From assembly GCF_964204645.1 (NCBI RefSeq), contig NC_134027.1:7348485-7412484 (forward strand): a stretch of 64,000 nucleotides of DNA. Direction: 5' to 3'. This DNA comes from Tubulanus polymorphus. Taxonomy: Eukaryota; Animalia; Nemertea. Below are positions 14,601 through 28,888 of this stretch, in pieces (the first letter of the stretch is position 1; each line of letters begins with the position of its first letter). The position numbers and the translations under genes were made by a program. The notes below the pieces were generated by a model. The model was given only the letters and a program-made list of their open reading frames with translations. It was not told the origin of the DNA and made no database searches.

Positions 14601-17600
14601 TGAGCATCCATAGAGTGAAATAATTCTACGTCATAGTTGGCTGAAGAGCTGGCATTTTGTTCTTCCTGTAAAAGAATTCAATCGGGCTGAACATATCTCC
14701 AGTTGTTTATAGAATAATTGGCTCAGAATTTTGCTAGTGCTAAAGCAACATCAGCACAACTCTCTACATACCTTCATAGGGATACCTGTCACTGTCGTTG
14801 AAGCTAATGAAAAATGTTTCTGTGCAAGCTGTAACATCTTGGCAGCTATGTATTTACCAGATTGGCTCACATGAACTTCACTTGACAGACAAGTTGATAG
14901 CTGGAATTTAAAATGATCTTTTTATTGACCTTTGAATCATTAATACTGGACAATTACAAGTCCTATAGCCTGAAGAAATACAGCAATGTTCAAAGTAAAG
15001 GTTTAGTACTAATTCACTGATATCATTTGTTAGAAATCACAAATTTAAAAGCTACCTCCAGTTGTCCACGGCTTGATACTGCTGATTCAGTACCGAATGG
15101 TGTCACATGAATAAGATGAAACTCGCAATGATGAATCGGCATTAAACTGTAAAAAACAGAAAAAAACAAATCATAGCTATCTGGTAATACAAATCATTAT
15201 TTAGGTGACCACTTTTATTTAACTTGCTTTTTCCCTGTTTTTACCCTGAACAGCAAAATAAAAATTTGTTTTTTTCACATTTTCACAATTTCCAAGGCAT
15301 TTGGCTAATTAATTCTAGGGACAATATTTTACTTCAATCAATTTTGCCCTCAGTGATGAAAGATTTGATATAATAGCATCAAAATTATTTTATCCCTGAA
15401 ACCAGCTCCAGAGCTGGAAAGAATAGCCCTTACATATCTCTACTTGATGCATTAAAATACATATCTCTCTTTACTTGATGTATCAGAATATAATGAGAAG
15501 ACTTATGATTTGCAACCTTTACACATTTTTATCATCAACAGATGAAAGGTGGTGCATTCACTGCAAAGGGCACTATACATCAGTATTGATTAAGCGATAA
15601 ACTATGGATAACAAACCAAACATGCAGAAATGCTGAATAACCTTGAAGTCTATGGAAATTAATGTTTGCATCTGCCACTCTAAATGAAGATAAAATTCCG
15701 CTAAAGAGCTGATTTCATCCCCAATGCTAAGTGAGCTGACTGGAGAATTCAATTTAATTCTCCCAATTATGTAAATACTGGTATTTATAATTTGAATTTA
15801 AAGTTTTTTTATATTCAGGTTCGGAAGAAAACCTTAAAAAGTGTACAGGAATTGATATGCTAGATTCCTGAATAGTTATAAATTTCTTTATTCATTTCAT
15901 GATCATCATAAACAAAACTTGTGACATCACTTTGTATTCATTTATCAAGGCCTATCTATCAATTTTCATTTCAGGAACAGAAAAAAATTATTCAAAAAGA
16001 TAATTCGGGGGCTGTGATATAAAGCTTCGAGCCAGTGTAAACTGGAGACCTATTTAGATGAAATTACTAATCTTAATTTGGTAAACCTTGAAAATAATTC
16101 TGTTCACGGCAATAATTTCCGAAATTTGTCTGAGTTCAAACTACTTCTTAATCACAATCTGGATGGGCGTTGGACTAATAAAACTTTAAAAGTACACGAG
16201 TATGACGTAATTCTTTATCAAGTAGTTGTTTTGCCTAAGCACACATTGCCTACTTTAATAATAACTGCGGGGAACGTGAAAAAGTCGCCAAAGGAATGAA
16301 CTGAAGATGATTGAGCACTTAGTAAGCAGACGGGAAATGGGATTCATCATCTACCGAGTCAATATAATTCGAGTTGGTATTAGTGAATTATTTATCAGGT
16401 GCGCAAAGGAGAGAAATTCGAACCATTCGCAAAAAGGAGAACGAACCAGTCGCAGTAGAGCGACTCAGCAGATGGTTTCTAAACGCCGAATGACGTGCTG
16501 TATGAACACAGATAAGATAGGCCTACAACTTTGATACGAAAGCATGAGACGAACCGAAGACGAAACCGAATCAAGGGAGATTTTCTCCTATAATCCTGAT
16601 GGGTATTATTCACAATACGGACGTGAAAATGTCGATAAGAAAATGCCATCGGAAAATGAAACGAAAGAAAGAGAACGTCAACTAAAGTGGAAAAGCATTC
16701 GTAAAACAATTCGTCAGTTTCTGACAGACACAACTGCTCACGGAGTTCCCAGAACGGTTTCGGCTAAATCGGTTTATCGTCGGGTTTTCTGGATTTGCAT
16801 CATATTCATCGCGCTTATGATGAACCTGATGCACTTATCACTGCTAGTTACGCAGTATCTACGTTTTCCATCCGAGGAGGTGACAAAGGTACAATACGGA
16901 TGGGTCGAATTTCCATCGGTTACACTCTGTAACATTAAAGCGATGTCGACAACGCAAAAATATGATGTAATGTTACGAAATACATCATCGAAATTTTATG
17001 TTTACACGCAAAAATTGAAAGAATTCGCATATTTCTTAGAAAACAACGCCACTCATATTGGAAGTAAAGAACTGGAAAAGTTGAAAAATCTCTATGAAGC
17101 TATGCGTACACCTGAAGGATATTTCACTTATATCGGACCGGAAGAAGCAAAACTAGCCGGACAAACTGCCCAGGATATGATACTCAGTTGCAAGTTCAAC
17201 TTTATGCCTTGTTCATGGCAAAATTTCACGTATTACCAACATCCGACATTCTATAACTGCTATACGTTCAATGGAAAAATGACCAAAGACAGTCTGGTGA
17301 CCAGAACGACAGGTCCGATGGCTGGACTTTCCCTAATCATTTATCTGGAAGCTGACGTCAATGGCATACTCAATGGAAGCTATTATAAATCATCGCCAGT
17401 AGAAAATGCAGGTAAATATTCAATAGATTGTGAGTTAATGGATTCTTAAACAAACTCAGAATTCATTACTTGAGAAATAAATAATTCTTACCACACAAAA
17501 TGATCTAATGGAGGGAGAGAACATAATACCCAGTATAACCAATAATGGGACATACCGTTATGTGGAACTTCAATTACTTGTCTCAATCATAGCTCTTGTA

Positions 17601-19913
17601 GTTTATCAAACAGTTACAGTAAATCATATTTAGTAGGCTAAACATTATTCTATGACTAAATTCAAATCATTGTAGGAGGACTCCGTGTTGTAGTGCATAG
17701 TCCACAGACTCGACCAGCCCCAGTAGACAGTGGAGTTGACGTTCCCCCAGGATATTCAACGTCTGCCAAAGTTAACGTCATCAACATGGAACGTTTATCA
17801 GCTCCAGTTGGAAACTGTACTAATCAAGTTTATCAGCCAAAACTGCCAACGTTTTACTACAACCGTGAAACATGCATGCTTCTTTGTCAACAAGAATATG
17901 TCATGAAAAAATGTGGATGTCAAACGTCGACTTTGCCAACACCTCTCAACATTAAAAGCGATTACTGCGGCAATGGCTTCAATTTAACTCGACTGAATGA
18001 AAAGTATAAATGCGTAATGACTGCATTGCGAGATTTTGCATGCAATGACACAGGACGGACCCAATGCTACTGTAATCAACGATGTTTGGAAAGTGTCTAT
18101 CGCACTGATGTTTCATATTCATATTGGCCACTTGATTATTATCAGGCCAGTTTCTTCAATACCTACGTCAGACAAAATCCGAACCGAAATGGCCTGAAAG
18201 CCTACAAAAACTTGAGTAATTTCACCGATGACGAACTGATTAAAGGTGGACATATACGCCGCAATTTTCTACGTTTCAATATTTTCATGCAAGAATTGAG
18301 TGTCGAACAACGCCGCGAAAAACAAGGTTACGAACTGCAGAATTTGTTTTCAGATATCGGAGGAACTTTAGGACTCTGGATTGGCGTTTCAATCATTACC
18401 ATTATTGAACTCATAGAATTGCTGATCAAAGTTGTGATGAAAGCTTGCGGTCAAATTGGCAATGGCAGTGCCGAATTAGTTAGAAATGAAGAATCCCAAC
18501 GAGGAAATTGCCGAAATCAAGACAGAGCCTGGCATATAAGTTTTACGAACTGAAATTGATTACAAATAAAGATATATCTTGCAATTCATCAACATTATCT
18601 TGGCAATGCTTATAAATAGATATTTAAGATTAATTATGTGATATTGACTCATTTTACATTTTACAAAAAATGTGCCATTCAAATCTGTCAATTCAATATT
18701 GGAAAAACAACTGTTATGTAATGAATGTAGGTTTCAATAAATGCCGGTGAAATGAAATAGAAATACCTTGCACAAAATGCTGCTAATGTTTTATCACTTA
18801 ACAACTATTGTACACCCGCGTACACTTACTTGTCAGTATTAGCCGCCAGTTTATTTTGTTGATGAATGAAGTTCATCATACTATCACATAATTTTCTTGC
18901 ATAGGCATCACTGAAATAAGATTTTATGTGGAGAAATTATGGAAAGAAACCATAGAGCTTGTAGGCCTAGATAAAATTTACATTCAGTTTAAAATAATAA
19001 AACTTTTAAGATACCTTTTTATTGGTGACAAACAGATAATTCGTCCTCGATTGAGTACTTCAGATGCAATTTCAGTCATTGATGTGCGCAGTTTGTGCTG
19101 TGATATGCTTGGCTCTGAGAGACATTGTACTGCCTGGTTCAATCCTATTAGAATATTGTCCTCATGACGTTTTGCAGACTTCGATGGTGGACCTACTTGG
19201 GCTAAGTTCAATAAAACCTACATCAAAGAAATCTTTTATTTCAGTGCTGCAGCTTATTCAAAGTACCGGGTATAAAATTTGCGGATCATTAATGATGATA
19301 AAAAGATGGAACAACAAACCTGCTGTAAATTCTGTTCATTTGGTGCCCAAGAATTCAAACTGGAAGATTTCGAGTCACTTACAATAAACTGAATCTGAAA
19401 TGAAGCAATCACTTTTAATTGGAGAATTTTTATCGAAGATCTTTACTTCTAGGCTTCAAAATCATGCATACCAAGCTTGCATTCTCAATGTATTTTGACA
19501 GTGACCAATTGACAATATTCAAAAGATAAATTTGGATTTCATGATATTTATCATTCTTCAAGAATTCAATATTCTTATCTGTGATACTGAAATTCCAACT
19601 CGAAAGTATCAAACTATCCGGTAAATCAGTAAACAATGTACATTCCCAGATAGGGTTTTTTAATTGATGACACCAAATTGAATCGCAAACTCACAAGTTT
19701 ATCACATGGATAAATATCCCAGATGATTCGCGCAAACTCAATCGCTGCTTCGACATTAGCGGTCCATAAGGTTTTCGTAACGGGTGCTAAAGGAATGATT
19801 CCAGGGGCTCGTCCTTTTTGCAAGACATCAAACTCAGTACTCTGTTTCGATGATGTAAGTAGATGAGGATCGTGGTCTAGTACAATTACAGTTTTGTGAG
19901 AATGTGGATACAT
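11677..19913 (-). CDS. INTS13: Integrator complex subunit 13 (Asunder), multi-exon
   Basis: [10 protein letters not shown]...[65 protein letters not shown]...[35 protein letters not shown] and RHAEFAGR; last exon GDIKLK* ends at 11677. Confidence 0.96.
11834..12008. mobile_element. Tc1/mariner (pogo/Tigger-type) MITE in the last INTS13 intron
   Basis: TA|cagtcaacccctgatataccgccc ... gggcagtatatcgggggttcactg|TA. Confidence 0.85.
16544..18553 (+). CDS. DEG/ENaC channel, FaNaC (FMRFamide-gated Na+ channel)-like; 2 exons (16544-17411, 17676-18553); nested antisense in an INTS13 intron
   Basis: TTAHG pre-TM1 motif, hydrophobic TM1, [24 protein letters not shown], Cys-rich thumb, SYWPLDYYQ, and [14 protein letters not shown] in TM2. 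Confidence 0.93.
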
Positions 19914-21303
19914 AACAATTGAAATCTGAAATTTGAAATTATCATCCTTTGAGTATTGAAGGACGTAAATAAATGAATGGAGTAGGCCTAAAGCCTACGC
20001 GCCACCTGCAGGCAAGCAGACCATAGCGGCCGGGTTTATTTAGTAATCTAACCATTGGTGGTCTTTTTTCAATTGGATGTTTAAGAAAACCACTGATTTT
20101 CAAAATTAACCACAGACTACGTTGTTTCACTTATAGAATACAAACTCAACAGGAACAGGATTTTGACTTTGTCTTTGACTTTGTACTAACTTGAATCTTG
20201 ATGATTCAATGTGATCAAATATTAGATTCTGATATACATTTGATGGGATATACTTTGATGGGATAACTATCAGGATTTATCACATAATCGGTTAAGAAGG
20301 AGCGCAGTACATAATACTAATTGAATAATGACAGTCAATTAAATTGAATTGAATTTATTTGGAAGAAGTTAGTTATTAATTATTTCTGTGTGTAGTAATG
20401 AAGTTGTATATTGATGTCTATTTCTACTTCAATTTGAATCAAATGTCTGACTTTTTATTCTAGTCTAACTGGCTTGTACCTGACTGCACTGTAACGACTT
20501 TTTGTCGAGCTAAAAGAGAGATTTGTCGACTTTTCCACGATATTTCTATTATTAAGCGAAATTTATTCAATACAATTCAACAACCCGGAAATTAGTGGCT
20601 GCGTAAAAATAGTTTTCCAGATATTTTCAAATACAAAACGTTTAGCCAAATTTCACCAGAGAAAATGTATTTTTTTTTTTAGTTTACTAGAAAAATAATT
20701 TAGATGATTATATGCACCATTTAATCATGTTACTACAAAGAAAGCGCGCTCCCTATCAATAATCAATGCCACACTGAAATGACAGTAGTGCATTCTGGGA
20801 AATCAAGCGAAATGTAGCATTTCTCATAAATTTCTCTCTTATTTCGCTGCATTTATTCCTCAAATCTCGTTAACAACAATCGATGTAAGCAGTTTTACTA
20901 ACCCTGAAATCAACCATATATGTTGTAGTACATTGTACATTTATGTGGGCCTAATCATCGAATATAATTATTATCTTAACTTTAAAAAAAGCCTCCCCCA
21001 AAAAATAACCCTTCCTTCAACTGAAACTTCCTTGCTTCCTGTTCCTTCTTCCCTGAATCATCATGGACCCCCTGGATCTTCTACACCTCCAGTTTCATTT
21101 TATTGTACAGATAATTTTACATTAGTTATAACCACAATTTGCATCTCAAGGTTTTCTATTCCGTTCCAAAAAGGCAAAAGTCTTGTTGATGTTGTCTATT
21201 TTAATTCATTTCCTCATGGACCATCATGGATTTGTTCGATTCTGCCCCCTCATTCAATTAAAGTTTCTTCGTTTAATCGCATATTACAGGTTTGGCGATA
21301 GAT

Positions 21304-24300
21304 ATGGATAAAATGAGAGCTGATAAAAATATCAAAAAGTTAAAACCGAACGGTGTATGTATCGATAATCATCATTGCCTTCCTGTCGCGCACGGAAACC
21401 AGTTTATATCCAGTATTGAACACCCGCAATCTCGTGTCGAAAATGGAGGTGACTTGTCGATCGGAAATGGGGGTAACGGAACGTTTGACAACACAGAAAC
21501 AAACAAGATTTCATCACACGAGGGACGAGAAACTACCAATACAACCGGTGACATAATTCAGGTATCGAAAAAAGAGCATAGTTTGAATATCCGCTGTGAC
21601 GATCGACAAGATATCCACTCAACAAAACACCAGCGCGATAATGACGCTTTATACTCGAAGGCGCACTGCACTTGTCATCAAAACAATTTCGAATCCGTGT
21701 CTCCGGAGAATTGCACGGCGAAACAAAAGGCCAATAATTTCTTAGGCAAAAACGTTTCCACGAATGGAATGATAGCGACAAGGGATTGCGGCGATGACAT
21801 GGATAATTATATTACTGCCAACGCGCATCTTTTAGTGCACTTAAACGAGGATGACGGCCGCCACGAAGGAGGGGGTGATTCGGAATCGACGCAGATTAAA
21901 GTTATGAACGGTATTTCGTCGCTGTCACATTCGCCGACCGAGTCGAATATGATAACAGGCGCGTCGCAACTCGATCGCCGCGTGGCGTCGGCTTTAACGT
22001 CGTGTTCGTCGGACGAAGACTTCTACGAGTACAATTATCAATACAAAGACAGCAGCGACCACAGCACAAACGATTCCGCACCAGTCTTTCAAAGTATCAA
22101 TACCAACGGAATCATTCATAATAACATCAGCGTTGATAGTTACCGTGGCGGTAACGGTGAGATTCATGTTTACGACGATCAAGGTGACTTTATTGAAACG
22201 GATTTCGTTAATAGGGAAAACTATGGTTTGAATTCGACGGACGAACGAGATTCATCCGATGAAGACGTGAACAATTCGCAGCACGTTATCGCCAACATGT
22301 ACGATACGGTCAACGTCTCGCGTAAAGGTCACGACGGCTGCAATTTGGACACGAAAACGTTAACGGTCGCGAAGGATTCCGTGAAAAAGGTGCTACACAC
22401 CACGACGCGCGGTAATATCGTCGACGAAGTCGCCGTATTCTCGTCGAAATCATGTCGAAATAACCGCGAGTGGATGAACCATCTCAGCGACGCGTCGATT
22501 GAAGATAACGACGAGGAGGACGACGACGATAACGAAAATTTAATCGACGGCTCGAATTCGCCCGATACGAACTCGAAAACTTTGACGTTATCCGGCGGAA
22601 ATATGCGCACGAGCGTTTCGCACACGTCGGACAGTAGTATGGATACATGCGCGTTAACACCGGAATCGTTATCGCTGTGGTCGCCGGACGTCGAGTATCC
22701 CGAACTAAATTCGATCGAAAGCGGCGTTTCCGAGTCGTGTTCACGTGGTAAAGATTACTGCGATGTTCATAAAGACGGCGGCAGCAGCATTCGCGAGGAT
22801 GAACGAAATCTCGTCGAAAGCATCGATATCTGTTTGTGTCCGACAGAGCAGTCTTTTAATATTCCAAATATACCGAATAATCTGAACGAAGTTTCGTCCA
22901 GCGACCAGTCGTCGGAAGACGATCTTTACAACGTGTCGAGGCAGACGTCAACTTCGAATTTCGATAACGATGAGAACAGTTACCAAGGCGACGATCACAG
23001 TAATACAGACAATGAGGATCGTTTGTACGATGATGCATTTATCGCGTCAGTTTTCGGACGGGAAGTTTACTCGCAGGAATTCCATCAGAAGCTACGCATT
23101 GATGTGACATCTCATGGTCGATACGTGCGTCTGCTAGACTATAACCCTTCGGCTTCAGATGATGATGACGACAGTTCTGATCGGTAAGTGTTTAATTTGA
23201 TTTCACCTATGAAGATAGTTTCGTAAAGATCTTTTATTGAATATCGAGTTTTGTAGCCAATTTTTAGACAATTTTTGCATTGCAAGCTAGGCTATATGTT
23301 AGGTAGATTCTATTATGGGAAAGCAGTAGTTTACTTCCAGAATATATCGGAAGGGAGATTCTGAGATTGTTATGCATTATGCTATCTATTTACTGCAGAG
23401 AAGCATCTGAACCAATATTTGTTGATGCATCCGATGAACCGTTAAGCAGTGACTTGAGTCCTGAACAGGAACAGCCTCAGTATGATATCAGTAATACAGA
23501 ACAGCGTGATGAAAATATTGCCAAGGTTCAAATGATTTTCTCATATTCATGTTAATTACATTCTAGCTTCGTCTGTGTCCAAATCCCAATGTAAAATGTT
23601 TTGTTGCTTTTTTTCAGACGGATGAAGGTAAATGTCACCATCAAAAACACCGCAAAGTTCCTTCAATCCAAAAAGTAATGGTATGGAGTGAATATGAAGC
23701 ATATATCAGTCAAGTTAAACAAATAGGTCGCTCAGCATGTGGTCCTACTGCTGTTATTAATATATTGGTGAGTTTTTTAAATGAAATCATTCTTCTTTGA
23801 CAATTCTATAACAGCATAGTAAAAATGTGATTTCATGTTTGTAAATAGAACTTCGAAATCCCACTGGTGCATTGAGGCACTGATAGTATAATTTGCTGCC
23901 TTTCAAATTCTGCTGATTTTGTTGCAAATCAAAAGATGATTGATTTCTTTTACAGAAAGCCTTTGATATTTTCTGTGATAAAGAGAAAGTGAACTATGTG
24001 ATAAAAGCAAACCTAAGGGCAGAAAAGGCATCGGTGCCAGAATATCTGCTATCGAGAAGTGTGGCTGGTAAGTCCTTATGCTGAAAATTAAAAGTTATCT
24101 TTTATGCTTGGAAATTATAAGTCTCATACCAGACTTGTGGAGTCAGTCACTATTCTCTAAATTCTTAGTTTGGTATTTGATCAGAGTTGTTTCAAAAGAC
24201 AAAAGAGTTTTGCTTAGCATCAAAATATAAGGAAAAGTTCATGTCAGAAGAGTTCTTAAGTTAACAATAGTTGATTTGTTAACATTTGTAGGGACAACAG

Positions 24301-25374
24301 CTATAGACCTCATCGATGGGGTACATAAAGTAACTGATGGTGCTATATATGGAAGATTTTTCAGTTTCTACCCGAAACGAAAAGTGGATTTATCACGATG
24401 GTTGGGTTATTGGATAAGCAAAGGTAAGGATACATGAATATTTGCCGAAGGTGAAGTACATGAACGGTACTCAAAGATTTTATTCGAAGACCTTTTTCAT
24501 GTTTTTGCATTGATTCCCAGGCATACTAAAACTGTTGCTTAGGACTGTCCTATTGAATTCATCACATTCTAAGAATTTCATACATTCTGTTTATCATTAG
24601 GTGCAGTTCCTCTTGCTACATTAAACTTACAGAAGGCAGTACCCCCAGGTTGGGTTACTCCAGATGCATGGCATCATCAAATGGTGTATGGTGTAGGACC
24701 TAAAGGTAACTTTTGCTGAGGCTCTAATATAGAATACTCTTAATATGATTCATCAATGTTTTTAGCCACGTCTTTGAACTTACGCTTTATTTTGTAAAAC
24801 TGTTTGATGTCGCTTTTAGGGGTTTACTTAACGAATCCGTTGGAGATAGTGCCATTTAGTATTATTGAGCAGCAATTGTGCAGTGATTCGGTATTGTTGG
24901 TGCGACGAAGTGATGTTGTAGCTCGTTGGACCGAAGATTGCGATCTTAACACCATGTTACTGCAGGAGGATAAAAGATGGCAGGATTTCAATGTTTTAGG
25001 TATGTTACAAAGGATCTTTGAACGATTTCGGTAGTTGCTCTATTCAATGAATTTACTTTCCATCATACAGAAGATGAATAGAATGAATAGAACAAATGAG
25101 GGAAATATTATGCGTGTCTCTATTTAGTAAGTAATTAAGTTTTTCTTCACTTGCAGGTCAAGTAGTCAGTGTGCTACGTGAAGCAAATGCACCCGGTTTT
25201 CAAGGTTACAAATTACCATGGACATCTCACATATTGATCCCTGCTGTGTATCTAGCTGGGATTAGTTTGTTTGTAAAACATGGATCGGACAGTTACAATG
25301 AGCTAGTGAATCTAGGCGAGCTGCCTATATGTACAAAAAGTGTAGATGGTGATAGCCAGAAAGATACTTCGTAG
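21304..25374 (+). CDS. Uncharacterised protein: ~630-aa acidic/Ser/Asn-rich disordered N-terminus plus C-terminal papain/C39-like domain
   Basis: Exon 21291-23183 (first ATG 21304), then in-frame exons at 23399, 23618, ~23956, ~24292, ~24601, ~24820 and ~25157 giving QIGRSACGPTAVINIL ... DAWHHQMVYGV ... VYLTNP. Confidence 0.8.
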
Positions 25375-26604
25375 CGAACACCCTTGTGGCAGGCATAGCC
25401 AATATTGGCAAGCAGTGAAGACTATTTTAGCCTTCGAAGTAGACAGATTCTCCATACCGGTAATATGATGAATATACAAATTGCAGGGATATTATTATGG
25501 TTATAACCTGGTTAATGACCAAATTGAGAAAAATTTTGTCACTGAAAAAAATCTAGTTCAACTATGGAGCCTACTTTTCTAAGTGTTTTGTCTTGAATTT
25601 TGCAAGCGGTTAGATTGGCTCCAATGTTACTCTGTGTGATGATAATTCATTTGCTTTTAAAGCGTTATTTGTATTTTGTTGACGGTTTCAAATTATTGAA
25701 ACTAGCATGTTGTATGTTTTACAATATGGGAATACAAGAATAGTCAATTCTACAGTGTGTATTCTAATCTGATATAATCCATCGTGTTATTCAATGTATT
25801 TTGTGGTCATTAGAATTTCAAAATGTGCTAAGGCTAAGGCGCGAACATAACAAAATAGATTATTGATAAAAGTAAATTGTTGATTTTTACGTTTTGATAT
25901 TTTGGGGAATACAAGTACGATGTACAATGTTATGTATAGTTTCCAGTTTAGAGATCAAATTTGATCATGGATAACCAGATGGTGCAAAAAACGGAAAGTC
26001 TGTAATTATTATAGCGGTATTAATCACATCCAATGCTATTTAAACTATTGGAATTGATATATTTTACTAGTATTGGTAAATTGTCTTGTAAATCTCAAAA
26101 CTTTTCAGACTAGAATTAGACGGTGAATTGGTTATCAATTTTGTTGGCTAATCAGCTAAATTTGTATCCCGCATTGTACTCAAGTGACAGTCAGCATTAT
26201 CTTCTTCCAAATTGTTGGCCAAGAGATATAAAGAAAAATGTGCTTCAATGCCTGGTTAGTGAACACACTATAATATGATGTACCCGACAATGTTCTCATC
26301 CCTTGATATGATTGAGATCTTTCATGCTTGTTCCGTGAAGTCAAGGGCCAAAGATAATAAATTTTTGATTTCAGCAGTACAATTGAGGTAGGACAGAAAG
26401 GAAAATTTTTGATACAGATTGTTCGAATTTATCTATTTATTTGATATACCAAATATTTGGTATATTTTTGTGCGTTGTTACCAGTATTGATACTGCTTGC
26501 AATTGCAATTGAGGCATGAATTTTGTTTCTGCAGATGTGGAGTGCACAAAAAAATAATGTTTACTGGAATTTAAATTTGTCTGTTTACTATTCCTTGTCA
26601 GTTA

Positions 26605-26823
26605 GGCTAAACAAAAATGATACCTTGTTTCTCCGCAGCGGCCGGGTCATTTTGTAAAATATGATAAAATTTGTAAACAGTTCATTTCTATAGCGGCCGG
26701 GTCTGTTATGGTAAAATTGATCACGATTTTAAAAAAAGTAATGTATAGGGTAGATAGGCGGCCGGCCGGGTCAACATTTAAGCTCAGCAGAGCGGAGAAA
26801 CAAGGTATCAATTTTTTTAAGCC
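26605..26823. mobile_element. PIF/Harbinger-type MITE
   Basis: TTA|ggctaaacaaaaatgataccttgtttctccgc ... gcggagaaacaaggtatcaatttttttaagcc|TTA; three internal ggccgggtc units. Confidence 0.85.
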
Positions 26824-27563
26824 TTAGAGTCTATTGTAAGATCATCAATATGAGGAATATTGTCTGTAGAATAGTGCATTGAATAGCTTTATTTTTGTCT
26901 GCTTCCTTTGCCAATACATGTATGTTTTATGTGTGCAGAATATTGAAGATGTAAAAATTGTATTTTCCCTCCCTTAAAGCTGTCAAATGAAATTTTTATT
27001 AATAAAATGTTAATTCAGTGTCTGAATCCATGATTCTGTGTTATATAGCAATTATTTGAAGTCTGATTTTTCCTGCTCTTCATAGCAGATGAGTAGGACT
27101 TCCTTTGTTTCAGATGCAACTAAACTGCCTTGTATCCAAACATTCCCAAATTTCCTACATTTGAAAACATTTTCTTTGTTACTTGTTTTTCAATAAGGGT
27201 TTCTCTTAGAGCAGACGAGTAAAACTTAAATGCCACTGCTCTCTAGATGCAAACATTTCCGCCCCGCCCCCGAGAACAAATTTGCTCTATTCAACTCTTA
27301 TTTAATAATAATCACATTCTTTATAACGCCATATTTTTCTTCATCAGTCCTAACAGTGGCATTTTACACTTTCCAAAATTTCCTTCATTATTCGATGAAA
27401 AAATTCACAGGATTTTAAAGTTACAAACAACCATAAAGCAATGGGTCTGCGGCGTGGACTTCAATTTGAGACAGAAATTTGAAAAATATACCAATTCAAT
27501 GAACAATCAATTTATTAATTACACTATGTACTGCAACGTATATATAAAATCGTATAGCTCATA

Positions 27564-28211
27564 TTACGTAGAGTTATCATTATTTTCAATTTGTTTTTTA
27601 TATTTTTCGATGATCGGCTCCATTTTGAAATTTTCTAAACTCGGAGACAGTCTTTTATACTCCTCAGGTGCATATCTCTTCAAAGTTTCTATTGGGTTTG
27701 GCCACTCCTCAGGTCGATAGTTTGGTCCGCTGCATTTTCGACCGGTCAGGGGGTCGGTATAGTCCCCTGTGCTGTAGACTTTTTCCTTGACCTCATGGAG
27801 AACATCTTTTCTGACTTCTTCAGATAGTTGTTTTATCAACACTAGGTCACCGATGTTGCATATCTGTTTTGTATCCATTGCCAGTAGATGACACCTTTCG
27901 TTAAAGTACTGAAATGTAAAAATAGGTTATAAACTCAAATAGAACAGATCGATCGTGTGAACTGAAACAGTACAGTACCCGTCAGTAGTAGTACACAGTA
28001 GAAAACATCATCAATTTCTTGCAAATCAAAAAGATCAATTATGTACCTTTTTCAAGTAGTCATCCAGCACCATTTTCAATGCCCTTATTTTCACTGTTTT
28101 TCTGTCTTTGCCCCCATACTCTAAAACTTTTCCTATCAAAAGTTTTGTTTGCGCTTTCGGTAAATCGACACATTTCACAGCGCTCCAAACAATTTTCTTT
28201 CGGGCCGACAT
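27564..28211 (-). CDS. MRPS17: Mitochondrial ribosomal protein uS17m, 2 exons (28047-28211, 27564-27908)
   Basis: LIGKVL...KTVKIRALKMVLDDYLKK|YFNERCHLLAMDTKQICNIGDLVLIKQL...HEVKEKVYSTGDYTDPLTGRKC. Confidence 0.93.
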
Positions 28212-28888
28212 CTTTTTAGATAACACGATGAACCGTCAGGTGCTGCCGCTATGTTTGTCGTTGACGACGAATACTAACCATTACTTGCATCCCACAGTAA
28301 GAATAGTAAGCATATCATGGGGCAGCACGCGACGGTAGAAAATCTGACACTCGCGGTGTGCTGGATCCCGCAGTTTTCACGAATAAGTTCACCTCAAATT
28401 GTTGGTGTAATTTCCATTGATTACTTCATGTTTTCAATGAGGATAACAATTCAAACCTAACTGATTTAAGCTTAAACTTTTTCATGAAACCGGACCATGG
28501 ACCTGAGCGAAAAAGATTTTGCAATGAACCTTAGTGATGAACCAGTGCACTGTTACCATAAAATGGCCATAGAAATCATCTGCTAGAAATCCCTGACTAA
28601 GATAGAATAGTTTTGACTGAGAGTTGATTTTGCAAGCCTTGCCCCAGACAAACGGTTCGGCTATCGCGTAAGACCAATTGAATTATATAATGATATAAAT
28701 ATATAATGACCGTTATATGTACCCGAAGCCATTAATGTTCGATAGAATATTGGAATTTGGACTTAACTTTCGTCAAATGAAACGATAGTACATCATGGAT
28801 CTTCCATATATCAATTATTTCCTGTGGTATAACATTGATTGGGAACTTTACGGTATTATAGATGATAGACGGCAGTTCATCATCTGAG

